Program-made: the position numbers and the translations under genes | Assembly (NCBI GenBank): GCA_964016885.1 | Contig: OZ024740.1 | Location: 145,762,001-145,826,000, forward strand | Direction of reading: 5' to 3' | Length of the DNA: 64,000 bases | From: Eledone cirrhosa | Lineage: Eukaryota | Shown: piece after piece, positions 24,509 to 36,900 of the stretch | Numbering within the stretch: the stretch's first letter is position 1 | How the letters are laid out: the number at the start of each line of letters is the position of its first letter | Notes under the pieces: generated by a model | Databases searched by the model: none | The model's input: only the letters and a program-made list of their open reading frames with translations | Told to the model about the DNA's origin: nothing

Positions 24509-24577
24509 TGTAATCACCAACACTAGAGAGGTTGTTATGTCATTGACACAACAACCTCTCTAGTGTTGGTGATTACA
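24509..24577. repeat. Near-perfect palindrome inside a SINE/LINE-tail repeat
   Basis: TGTAATCACCAACACTAGAGAGGTTGTTATGTCA-t-TGACACAACAACCTCTCTAGTGTTGGTGATTACA; 34-bp arms with 1 mismatch. Confidence 0.9.
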
Positions 24578-27500
24578 CAATAAATGCATCCAGTATACTC
24601 TGTAAAGTGGTTAGTGGTAGGAAGGGCATCCAGCCATAAAAAACTTGTCAAACAAAGAGTCAGAAGGACTCTTCAGTTGTGTCAAATACATGATAACCGC
24701 CTTAATGTTGGTGATCTGCACAATAAATGCACCCAGCACACCCTGTAGAAAACCTGCAAAACATAGGGTTGCAAGGACTTTTCAGCTGTGTCAAAGCATG
24801 ACAGCATCCTTAATGTTAGTGCCATGATAAGATGTACTCAGTAGAGCACTGGAACATGTGAGAAGTGACTCCCCTGCTTGTTTGACACTTGGTAGAACAC
24901 AGGATTGTATGTGAGATGCAGGCCCCCAGCCCATCTGAAAGTTCAGTAGCTCCTCTTGGGGACTGGTTTGTGAAGACCTGTCCAATCCATACTAGCAGGG
25001 AAATGTTTTGTGATAATGACGCACACAATGTTTCCATCCATCAAATTCCACTTACAAGGCATTGGTCAATCTGAGACTATAGTAGAAGTTTCTTGCTCAA
25101 GGTGACATGCAATGGGACTGAACCTCAAATCATGTGGTTGTGAAGCAAAGATGTTCACCATACAGCCATGTGTGTGCAGGCTGCCATGATTTTATGCCAG
25201 TTTGACTTAACATGATTGATAATGAAGTTGGTTAAATATTTGCCAAAGTCATTCATATATTTTGTGTTGCACTATTTGTGAAAGTCAACCAATCAGTGCA
25301 AAGCAAATATAAACAGTTACAAATGGCATCTTTTCATTACACTTCATTACACTTCATTCTTTGTGAAGAATTTTTACATTATCCTTCATTCTGAAGTGGT
25401 ACTTGTTATGTATTCTAACAATTTATATAAAATAACAAGTGAAGTGCTAATTAAAAGTGTTATTTAACTACTTAACAGTACACCTAAGGAGATAAAATGA
25501 GGCCCAGTCTAGTTCTTGTATGGCTATTAATTTGCCTCCCTTAAGAATTACTAAAATCTAAGCAATTTTGAGGTGAAGTCAGTGATGTAATTTTCATTCC
25601 ACCTGTGGAATATTTTTCTGATTTAAGGCTTCCTGTCACAATGTTAATTTCTTCACTTGATCCACTGATTCTCTATAATTTGTGTTACACATACTCTGGT
25701 GGCAAGCTGTACTAAACTTTTTCCATGAATTCTTTGTTATAGTTGTTAGTTATCATCATCAACATTTAACATCCATTAAATACAGCATGCAACCAGTGGG
25801 TGTGCAACACAAATAAGTTATTCTTGTAGTGAATTAATGGATCAGGTGGTGAAGTTATTAGCATTGCAGTTGGAAGCCTTAAACCAGAAAATCATTCCAC
25901 TGATGGACTAAAAATTACATAATTGACTTCACTTCAATATCACATGGTTTTTAAAAGTTCTTGTAGCCTCTTATTGATTAAGTTATTATATATATCATAT
26001 ATTGAAATAACAAATTAATATATTAGTAAACATTTGTTTGCATTCTTTTTAACCCTTTTGATACCAAACTGCCTGAAACCGTGCTTTGTTCTGTGATATA
26101 AAACTATTTGTTTCATCATAATTTTATGTTAAGAATCTTTGTTTAGTTATGGTCCAAACACCAGATAAATAATGAGAAAGTAAGTTATATTACTAAATCA
26201 CTTTGAATTCTTGATTATTTAAAAATCATAGGCAGTGTATTTCTTTAGAAATTTGGTAATGACAGGGATTGATTTTGCACCAATTTTGTTCATTCTGCCT
26301 CCTCTCGGGATGCATCCCATACATAAAATCAAAGCAACCTCTCTGGATATACATATGCATATATGTACAGATGCATATGCGTACATGTATACATATCCTC
26401 ATATTTAATAAATGACTACCAATAATAATATTGAGATATGAAAAAAGCTTTGTGCTTTAGAGAACTTAGTTTTATTATCCTATAATTTCTGCTTAATGGT
26501 GGGGTTGGAAGAAGGTGACTCTGAATGTAGAGAATAAGGTAAATTTCTATTCATAGAAGTATTACATGAGACAATTATTCTGTGTTATATTGAATTTATG
26601 ATTTCTTGTCATTCTGAATCAGTTTTTCGAACTCTTTCCAAAATATGTAAAATATTGTTTACAACTGTTGACATTTTGTAAGAGATCAAAGTTATTTCCC
26701 ACTCTCCTACTGGTTTCTTAATCAGCAAAGGCATGTATGGAACTTATTCTTTACTGGAAATTATTTAAATCAGCTTTGAACTGTTTAATTAACTTATGAT
26801 AATTGTTCAATTATACTCTTAAATAATTTTTATCTGTAATTTTGGATACATTAAGAAAACTATTTAATATTAAGTTCCATTTTTTTTTTTTATATTTATA
26901 CCAAATTTATATGACCATGCTATACCACATGTCTATAAGAAAATTACATATTTACATTTTTTTAACAAATCAAAACAGGATAATACAAAATAATGCTAAA
27001 ATCAAAAGTAATCTTACGGAAGAGAATAAAAATGTGAGATTCATGTCTCCTCATTGACATCTTAGTTTAATGACCATCAAACTGCAATCACAAAAGTGTG
27101 AATTTGCTATTATGGGTGATATATCCATTTTAAATACATGTAGTATAGTGGTCATTACATTGAAGCATCAACAAGAATGTGGGTTTCAGTCCCACTGGAT
27201 TCTTAGATTTTTATTCTGTCTCTTGAATGTTTGTATGAGTATGTTTACTTTGCTTAAAAGTGTAAACATATTTATTGTTCAATTCTGGGTTAACCAACTC
27301 TAAATTAAATTTGTCAAACATGATCATTAAGTAGATTACAAATAGCTTCCTTTAAAATAATCTGAGTAAATTGGATGAAATGTCATCACCCTCAGCATTA
27401 TATAAGCGATTTCACAAAATAATCAAGTCAAATTAAAACACAACTGAGACACATATTGCACTTGTGTTTAGATTTAAATGTCTAACCCATGCTAGCGTGG

Positions 27501-28706
27501 AAGATAGACGTTAAACGATGATGATGATGATGAATCTCAAAATTCAATTCATTGTTGTCTAAATATGCAAATAGGAGAGTTATATTCCATATATGTTATA
27601 TGTAGTATAATGGTTGCTGCACCAAGTTATCAATAAGGCATATCATTTGGATAATCTTTGTATTATGACATTTTGTTTTATCTAAAGAAGTAACCATATT
27701 TACCATTCAGTCCCAGATTAACCAACACTAGCACTAAATTTAATTTAGTTCATAAAAGACATTGACTCAACCACTGTTAAATATCAACTCTTATCTTAGC
27801 TCAGATGATGGTGAATTGGCAGTCATTAGAATGTTGGATAGAATGCTTTACTGTGTTCGCTCCAGCCATTTGCTCTCTGAGTTCAAATCCTGCTACGGTC
27901 ACCTTTGCCTTTTATCTTTTCGAGGTCAGTAAAAAAAAAGACCAGTCTAGTAGTGAGTTTGATTCTTCTTCTATATATCTTTCTCACTTCCTTTCTCTCA
28001 CTCTCTATCCTTCTCTGGAAGAAATCTGCCATATTCCAACCTGGAGAGGTGATGGGCTCTGCCATGTTTTAAAATGTCCAAGAAATACTGCATGTCAATA
28101 TGGTGCCCCTATGACTCCACCAGAAGTTACAGGTCCATACATCTTAGATATGACTTGGAAGTTTGAAATCTCTTGAGTTAATTATTTTCTTATTGAAATT
28201 ATGTGATGTAATGTTTCAATTTAATTATTTAAAGTGTTTTGTTTTTTGGAATTAGATTAAAATAATGATTTGTTACATCACCATAATCATCTTTTTATGC
28301 CTGTTTTTCCATGCTTGCATGGGTTGGACAAATCTAGCACAGCTTTCTTCCATCTACTCTGTTCTGTCATCATCTCCTCTGTAAGGCACCACATTTAGAG
28401 ATCCACCCTTAATATGTCTGCCCAGGTCTTCCTTGGTTTTCTTCAACTGCAACAACCTTTCACTGGGAACTTCTGATATTTCTTCAGAAGACAATCATCA
28501 TCCATATGTATCACATATCCATACCAGCACAGTCGTTTCTCTTGCACACTACATTTGATTCCTTGTATACTCATTTACACAGCGCAAAACCTTAAATTTG
28601 TATAGAAGGATTACTAGTTTATTGGTTCCATTACACTACATTTTATCAGTCTTCAAGAAGTAAATCGCAAAATCGACCGCAATATGATTTTCAAATATCA
28701 ATTATA

Positions 28707-30000
28707 AAGGGTGACTAAAAACAAACTGGCCCCCACACACGTTTTGTGCCACTGATATTCATTTTCTAATTAATCAACCTTGAATTTCAGGACATAGCAA
28801 ATACAACATCTGAGAAAACAACAAGACCCCAATGGGAGCACCAGCATCAGATTTTCTGTATGAAACACTACTATAAGTATGGCTCATACAAGCAGGTCCA
28901 GGAACAATTTCATGCATTTTTTGGAATAGACAAATCTCCCTTCAAAGCCAATATACAAAACTGGGTTAAGAAGTTTCAGACCTATGAGACAGTGGAGGAT
29001 CTCAATACAATGTCATAGGACTGTCCTACCCACTCTGGAAGATCTAGGAAGTTATTGACATGGTCTAATAGTCTATTGAACACAGCCCAAAATGATTTCT
29101 GCACAAGAGAAGCAGATCATTGGGTCTCTCCACTGAAACTTGCAGAAGGGTTGTCAAAGAGGATCTTAAGAAGTACTCCTACACAATACAAACTAAACAA
29201 AATCTTACTGTAGCTGATAAGATCAAGAGAAAGGTTATGGCTGAGAAAATGCTGGAAAAGATGGAAAAGAACCCAAATTTTCTGAATCTGCTGTGGACCT
29301 CCAATGAATCCCACTTTCACATAGAGGGGAAGATCAAGTCTAAGAAACATATTATTTTGGGGGACAGAGAAACCCACTGGAGTTACTGTGAAACCTCTCC
29401 ACTCAGCTAAATGTACTGTCTGGACTGCCATTTCTAAGAGAAGGTTGATTAACCCATTCTTATTCAAAGAAAATGGTGTCATTGCTACAGTCACAAAGAA
29501 ATGCTATGTGGAGGTCCTGGAAAACTTCAAAAAGGAGCTACAGACCCTGTACCCATCTCTAATGAATAAGTTCTGGTTCCATAAAAACAGAGCAAGCCCT
29601 CACACATCCAGTGAGTCATGAGAATGGCTGAAAAATAACTTTTGGATCATGTAAACAGTCTGAAGACTGATTTCTTTCTTTGGGGCTATCTGAAGGATAG
29701 GATCATCATTATCATCATCATAAACCCAGAACCATCACTGAACTACAAGCAAATATCAAAGAGGAGATCAGAGTCATCCCTAGGTCTGTTTGAAAAGACA
29801 TTATGCTAAACATCATCATGCACCTTGTATTCAAATGGGAATCACTTGGAACATGTGTTATAACTTTGGACAGAAACATCAGAAGATTGTGAATTTTTGA
29901 TATGTTGTTTATAATAGTTTGAACTAAGTATATTCGGAGTTTCATCAAAATAGATAATGTAGACAAATAAAAATGGGGCCAGTTTTTTCTAGTCACCTTG
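28707..30000 (+). mobile_element. Tc1/mariner transposon with both TIRs, decayed transposase
   Basis: TA-flanked imperfect TIRs AAGGGTGACTAAAAACAAACTGGCCCC / GGGGCCAGTTTTTTCTAGTCACCTTG; peptides WTSNESHFH, KCTVWTAIS, WFHKNRASPHTS, DFFLWGYLKD. Confidence 0.88.
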
Positions 30001-30386
30001 TATAATGCTCTTATGTGTCTAGTCTGTTTCCTCCATGCACCAATAATATGTTGAAGTTCATGGAATCAATTTCACCCTCATTCTAGTAAATTGACAATGT
30101 CTTTTTTCTTATAATTTTATCTATCATTAACAGTATCATTTTTAATATTTTCCAGACATGCATGGTTTGGATGGGTCAGTAGTCGCACACTGCCATTTTC
30201 TCAATTTTGAGTCATTATATCTGTAACACCCATCATTATGAGTTCTGACCTCACTATTTCTTCCCATGTCTTCCCCTATCACAGTTATCTCCCTCTGTTA
30301 ATGTATCATACATTTTCACTCTGCAGGCCTCATCTGTTCACATCACATCTCTCTAACAGTATCACTGATTCTCATGCACACTTCAT

Positions 30387-30598
30387 TTAACCCTTTAACA
30401 TTTAAACTGGCCGTATCCAGCCAGAATCTCTCACCTCTTTCTGCTCAAACCAGCTGTAACCAACTGCTTATACTGATGTTAAGGTATTGATCTCAAAATA
30501 AATATCAAAATCTTGTAGATTCGATATTATGTGAGGTAAAGCCTTTACCATGAAAATATACTAGTAAATATAGAGTAATGTAAATACTAAAGGGTTAA
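30387..30598. mobile_element. piggyBac-like MITE, sister of 5130-5365
   Basis: TTAACCCTTT...AAAGGGTTAA termini; body is the reverse complement of the 5130 copy. Confidence 0.8.
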
Positions 30599-30901
30599 TG
30601 CCTTTAGTAGACACCTGCTTTCTTGGCTCATGCTCTGCCTTAGTCTTTCATGCAAGTTTTGGTTCGCTGTCAATCTAACGAAATTCACATTGCATCTTTT
30701 TGTGCATCCATTGCTTTCCCTAAGTACATACATTTTGAATTTCTACAGACTCCCTTCCTATGTCAGTATATTTTCAGTAAAACTTAAATACCTAGATTAT
30801 AACATGCAAATTGATTTGTTTAACACTAGCTATTAAGTTATAGTGTATAATTATTCTTTGACCATTTCAGCTTGGCAGAAATATTTTCTAATTTGAACAT
30901 C

Positions 30902-30973
30902 ATGTCATCCATTCTTGATCAGTATGAACAGGAATCTTCAAGAATTGCTGCCCCTCCACCAGAAGATACTTTG
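30902..30973 (+). CDS. VPS18: VPS18 coding exon 1 (exon starts 30871 with 31 nt of UTR)
   Basis: tttcag acceptor at 30870; MSSILDQYEQESSRIAAPPPEDTL; donor gtgagt; phase 0. Confidence 0.92.
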
Positions 30974-33900
30974 GTGAGTTTCTATAATACTTTTGTTTCT
31001 TTTTTTCACATATGAAATGCTGCTGTCTGGCTACCTGTATATTTTTTACTGTATATCCAATGCTTTTAGACATTTCTACCTTATCTAGTCAACGAAATAT
31101 GATGAAACAAAAAGAGAAGAATTTATCCTCAGTCAAATATGAGAAAAGCCATTGATAGACGTTATTTCTGAGTCAGAAAATGACCCAATTATGGAAATGA
31201 AGTCTTTGAAAACAGTAGGATTATCAACTACACAAATTACATAAAACAGTATATTTGTATGCTGGACACAGACACCACCTTCATACACCTATACACTGAA
31301 ACAAAGAGTGTATGCTTCTGGTCAACATCAGCTTGTTTGTTACAGGCCATATATTTATTATGCAAAGATTTCTGCTCCCACTTCGATGCCAATTGTTCAT
31401 GCCCTTTTTTCTTAGCTATTACTTTTACTTCATTAGCAACAATAGTTGCCACAGTTCCCTCTGTCTATCCAGCTTGGATATCAGGCATGAAATTAGTAGC
31501 AAATATTATGCACTTTTTCAAGAGTGTGAAGCTTCTTACTCCTCTTGTGTTTTTAGAGTTTCAGCATCTAGTTGTTTGGCCAGTCCAATTGTGGTCGTTT
31601 TGTAAGAAAGTTCAAACTGGGTCATGCCTCAGCTTACTTGAGTTCTAAGAATGTAAAGACGATCCACATCTGCCTTTGAGTGGTGCATCTTATTACAAGT
31701 CAGCAACTTACAAATTTTTGTGACAATTCTCTTTATTTCAGTAATATTCCAGTTCAACACATTGAAGCTATAACTGACAACTAAATTATTATTAATATTA
31801 TTTGTTTTGTTTTTTTAAGCTGGTATCTCATTATACTGGTAGGACAAGCAGTGAAACAGAACCTATATTTAGAAGAGTAAAAAATGAATACAAGTAAGTT
31901 TTTATTATTCCGAATTTCATCAATCTTCAAGTTGTTAAGTATTTAATAATAATTGTTTCTACTTTAGGCACAAGGCCAGCAATTACCCAGTGCATTACTG
32001 GTACTTTTATTTTATCGACCCCGTAAGGATGAAAAGTAAAGTCAACCTCGGCGGGATTTGAACTCAGATCGTAAAGGGACGTAACTATGCTGGAAAGCAT
32101 GGCGTCTGACCCTCTACCGATACTGCCAATCCAAATACTCTCTATATACATAGCTGTGTCGTTAAAACGTTAGCTTCACAATGATGTGGTTTTAGGTTCA
32201 CTCCTACTACAAGGCACCTTCAGCAAATATCGTCTGTTATAGCCTCCGGCTAACCAATGCTGTGTGGATGAATTTGGTATTTGGAAATATGTGTATGTAT
32301 GTGAAAGAGAGAGAGAGAAAGGGGAAAAGAAGAGTCTCTGTATGTGTCTTTATATCAACATCGTTTTATGTTCTGTTACTAAGCAGTTGAACAGATGTCA
32401 GCACTATACATGATACTTAAAAGTAATGCATGGGCTGGCCATAGAAAAACTGCCTGAAAAAGTCTCATCTGACCAAAGCCAGCATGAAATAGCAGACATT
32501 AGAATAATGATGATGATCTTTTATTCTCTTCTTTAGAAAAATTATCAAATAAATGATTCTAAAATTCTAAGAGAATAATTTTATGAAAAAATTGTTTCTA
32601 CATGAATACATTTGAATATACTTAGTAGAATTATGTTTCAGTATAATCTTATAGCTTTCTATTAAGACCCATATGACTAGTTCTTAAAAATATATTTGAA
32701 AGTTATTGCAATTTTATTCTTATTTTCTTTTACAGACCACATGATCGCATTTTGACCATGACTGTTTGTAGTAGGTTTCTAGTAATTGCTACTTGTAGCA
32801 ATGTTATTATTCGAGTGGATATGATGCATCCTCATCAACAAGATGGTTAGTATTTTCTTAATACATCTCAGTTCAACTTCTGTTGATAATGTTTTATGGC
32901 TGTGTGGTTCAGTCACACTGTGTTGCACCTTTGGCAAGTGTCTTCAGCTTTAGCCTCTGGCCAACCAATTTCTTGAGAGTGAATTTAGTAGATGGGAATT
33001 ATGAAAGCCTGTCTTTTATATATATACATGTGCATGTTTGTGTGTGTCTTTGCCTCCAAAACAACATTAAGTTAGTGAATCTCTACCATACTGAAAAATA
33101 TGGGTTAACAGCAGGAAGGGTATCCAGCTGTAGAAATTTGCCATGGATAAAGCGGAACTTAGCTCATTCAAAACTATAAACATAGTTTGAGTTTGAATTA
33201 TTTTTGTTACATATAAAAAGCTTATCTCTTTTACAATCACTTCTGTGATAAAGGTTCTACTTCTCAACATGTGCTTTTTTTTGCCTGTCTCTTCTAAAAT
33301 CCTATTTTTTCCTTTCTATTTGCTTTTTTTTTTTTCGTTATTTTTCTCTCCCTCTATATATACATGCGTACTGCATTGTTTATCTACATATATAGATATA
33401 ATATCCCTCTGACCCTTTTAAATTGCACAAATCACTATCTACAAAGTACTATATGATTATTTCTAATGTAGACCCTGTTTTTTTTCAAACACTACCATAT
33501 ATATATTTTCTCTTTTCTATTGTGTCCTTTTTCTCAAAAGTTTATTTCTTTTATGATATATACTTTTTTTGCCTGTTTCTCATCTAAAGCTCTATCTCTT
33601 GTCCTCTCTACTGATTGCACCTGATACCACTCCACCCTCTCTCCTCCACCATCAGCAGTCTCTGACCAATCAAACAAACAGTTTCTTACCGGTATAAGTG
33701 AACTAGTTATGACAGATCAGTTTAGAAAGGAGGCTAAAATATCTCACCATTTTCTAGATGACCATGCAAACTCTCTCAATTCCAGTCACAGAACCAAACC
33801 CAATACCAATCAACCCACCTTCCAGGACCTTCCCCCTTCCTATAAACTTCAAAACTTCAGGGCTGCCACTATCAATGTTAGAACAATGAAAGGCTGATCA

Positions 33901-36900
33901 TGTGAGACTAGGTTTACTAGAGTGAAAGCAAGTGGGTGTGTGTTGCATTCAAGAGACTAGGTGGAGAGGAGCATCAACTATATTCATTCTGGATAGGTAA
34001 TGATCCTGCTAGCAGAAAAATGGTTAGACAAGGTAATTGACACGGCCAAAGACTACTGATGAAATCTGTGGCTAGTGCACGATAACATAAAGTGACAAGG
34101 TGGTGGAATAAAAGCGTAGATGAGGCAGTTAAAGTTAAGAAGCGGGCATGGAAAGACTGGCAAAATGGGCAAAGCAGGAAACAGAGTCAAGATGCTAGAA
34201 GTAAAGCTAGCCAGCAAGTATACTTAGCTAGGAGGGAAGCAGAAAACAAGAAGTTTGAATATGTTCAACACCATGAGGTGTTCAGGACGGCAAAACTGTG
34301 TAAGGGAAAATCAAGATGTTGTTGGGGAGAAAGTTATCTAAAATGACAGTGGCACACTTACCCTCACTAACGCTGAGAAGAAGCATGGAATTGCTATGAA
34401 TAATTTTCCTATTTACTGGACTAACAGGTTGTGTTGAATGTAAAATTCTTTCTCAATACAAATTGCAGAAGAAACTTACCTATATTATTAATGATTAATT
34501 GATAATTAATCTTTTGTCCATGTACATAATCAGAAAAAATATTTACCTTTATACAGAAATTGAACTGCCAAAAATGATTGAGGATAGAATTCACAAAATA
34601 TTCCTGGATCCAACTGGCCGTCATCTGCTCATCAGCATGGAACAATCAACTGAAGTTTATTACCTGTGTCGGAATTCTAAAAAAACAAAGACGATTAGTA
34701 AACTAAAGGTATGATGTTTTAATATTTGTCTATACATCTGTCATGGATCTCAAATATTGTTTTAATTTTTCTTTTAATTCTTCCAAATATAGATATTGAC
34801 ATTTTAGTTACAATCACTGCTTTTTTTTAAAAATTATGTTACTTCATTATAATGTTCTTGTTATTGGCAGTATTGGCGGAGCAACAGACGATATGCTTCG
34901 TGGTATTTAGTTCTGTCTTTCTATGTTCCAAGTTCAAATCTCACTGATGTCAACATTGCCTTTCATCCTTCCAGGGTCAATAAAATAAAGTGCTAGTTAG
35001 GTGTTGGCATTGATTTAATCAACTTTGCCTTTCCTCAATAACATTATGGACATGACAATCTCTCCAATGCTGGTGCCATAAACAATGCACCCTGTATGCC
35101 CTGTAAAGTGATTAGCATTAAGAAAGGCATTAATAATATTATGTATTTTAATATTTAATGTTGTTCCAAAAGTTTGCTATAACACTTTACTTTTGTTTGT
35201 ATTTCTAAAGGGAAACCTAATTACTGCTGTTGGCTGGAACAACCAAAATACAAATGACACTGTCACTGGCCCTATTTTACTGGGTACAACCAAAGGTAAG
35301 TTTAAATGTAACTATTAGAAATTAAATAGTCAGAAAAATTGTTTAGGTGAATATATTATTGTCTAAATCTTTTTATCTTCTACCTGTTGTAGCAGCTTGT
35401 TTTTAATTTTTTATTCAGATATGAATGTCAATAGTTTTGTCAATCTCATATCCACTTGTGTTTTTTTTAACAATAAAAATTTATATATTCTATTAAATTA
35501 TTTGGTGTGAACAAAATTTGACATTTTCTTGACTTGAGTGAAAAGATAAATCTTTTAATATATGTAAGTTTATAGATGAATAATGTTTTCATATTATCCA
35601 GTCTTACATATGACATGCTTTTGTTATTTATTAACAAGGACTCGTCTATGAAACTGAACTAACTCGGGGAGATGACAGTCGGATATTTGGTCGTACAGTG
35701 GATCGCTATGTTTTCAAGGTCTGTTGACGTGATTATCTGTATATCACTGTATTTCATTCTTGTGGTTTAAACTGCTCTCATGTAGCCTAACACTTTGAAG
35801 CATGATAGTGTTTCTAGGTAGCAATTTGAAAGGTAGTTGTTGCTTCCAGCATTGCTAGTTAATAATTTCATATTAAAAAATGTTATGATTTAGTTAACAA
35901 TAAAATTTGTTTAGGTCTATGAAAAAATTTCAGCAATTGACTCATAATTCGATGCAAGCGGGTTTGAAGATTAAATACTTTCTTAGCTCAACTTTATATT
36001 TTGAATAGAATATTTTATGCTTCTGAGTTTTCAAACTTCAACAACTTATGTTCACTTATGCCACTTTTATAAGTTTCAAAATTATGGTTCAGTTACCTGC
36101 CTAACTTCTACACTAACAGAAGACTTTATATAGTCACTCTACTTGCTCGAAATAACATCCAAATCTCCTGCAGATCACAATCTACCATTTAGAAAAATTG
36201 ACGCATTAAGTAATATAGCCCTTAATATACAAAAAGATGGGGATGGCTAAGACAGGTATATCTTCAATCATAGATCTACTCTGTCATAACCAACCTGGAG
36301 CTAAACAATAACAATTAACAGAGGATGTTTAGTTTTAATTTGTTGATTGCATTACTATAGGTATTAAAGTTAGTCAGTTCCAGAGTAAAGGGAGATAAAA
36401 ATGAAATAAACTAACAAGCAAATAAAGTTTATTTATCAGACCTGGTATAAACTAGAGTTGTTATTGAATATTTTCAATGAATCTTGTTTTTGTTGTTTTT
36501 GACATTATGTCCCTCATTTATTTCAGTTGTTTACTGCTGGAAAAGAAAAGAGCCATCCAATCACTGGTATAGAATTTGACCGAATGCCACCACCTACAAA
36601 ATATAAATACTATGTTCTTGTCACAACACCTAGGTAACTGGGTTTTTTTTTTAATCTTTTTTAAACTGAATCCCTTCTGATGAGAAATTTCATTAATTAT
36701 AAGATTTGAATAGATTTTATTCAGTTATTCATTAATTGCTTCTTTATCAATATGAAATGATATTTTAGCAGTTGGTTTAATTATTACTTTAGTTGCTAAA
36801 TGAAAATTATCTAAGAATGCATGTATTACTAATTTAAGATAGCTAGGGTTACATAATATATAGATCACTTAATTAGTGGTGGAAGCAATTAGTTGAAAGT

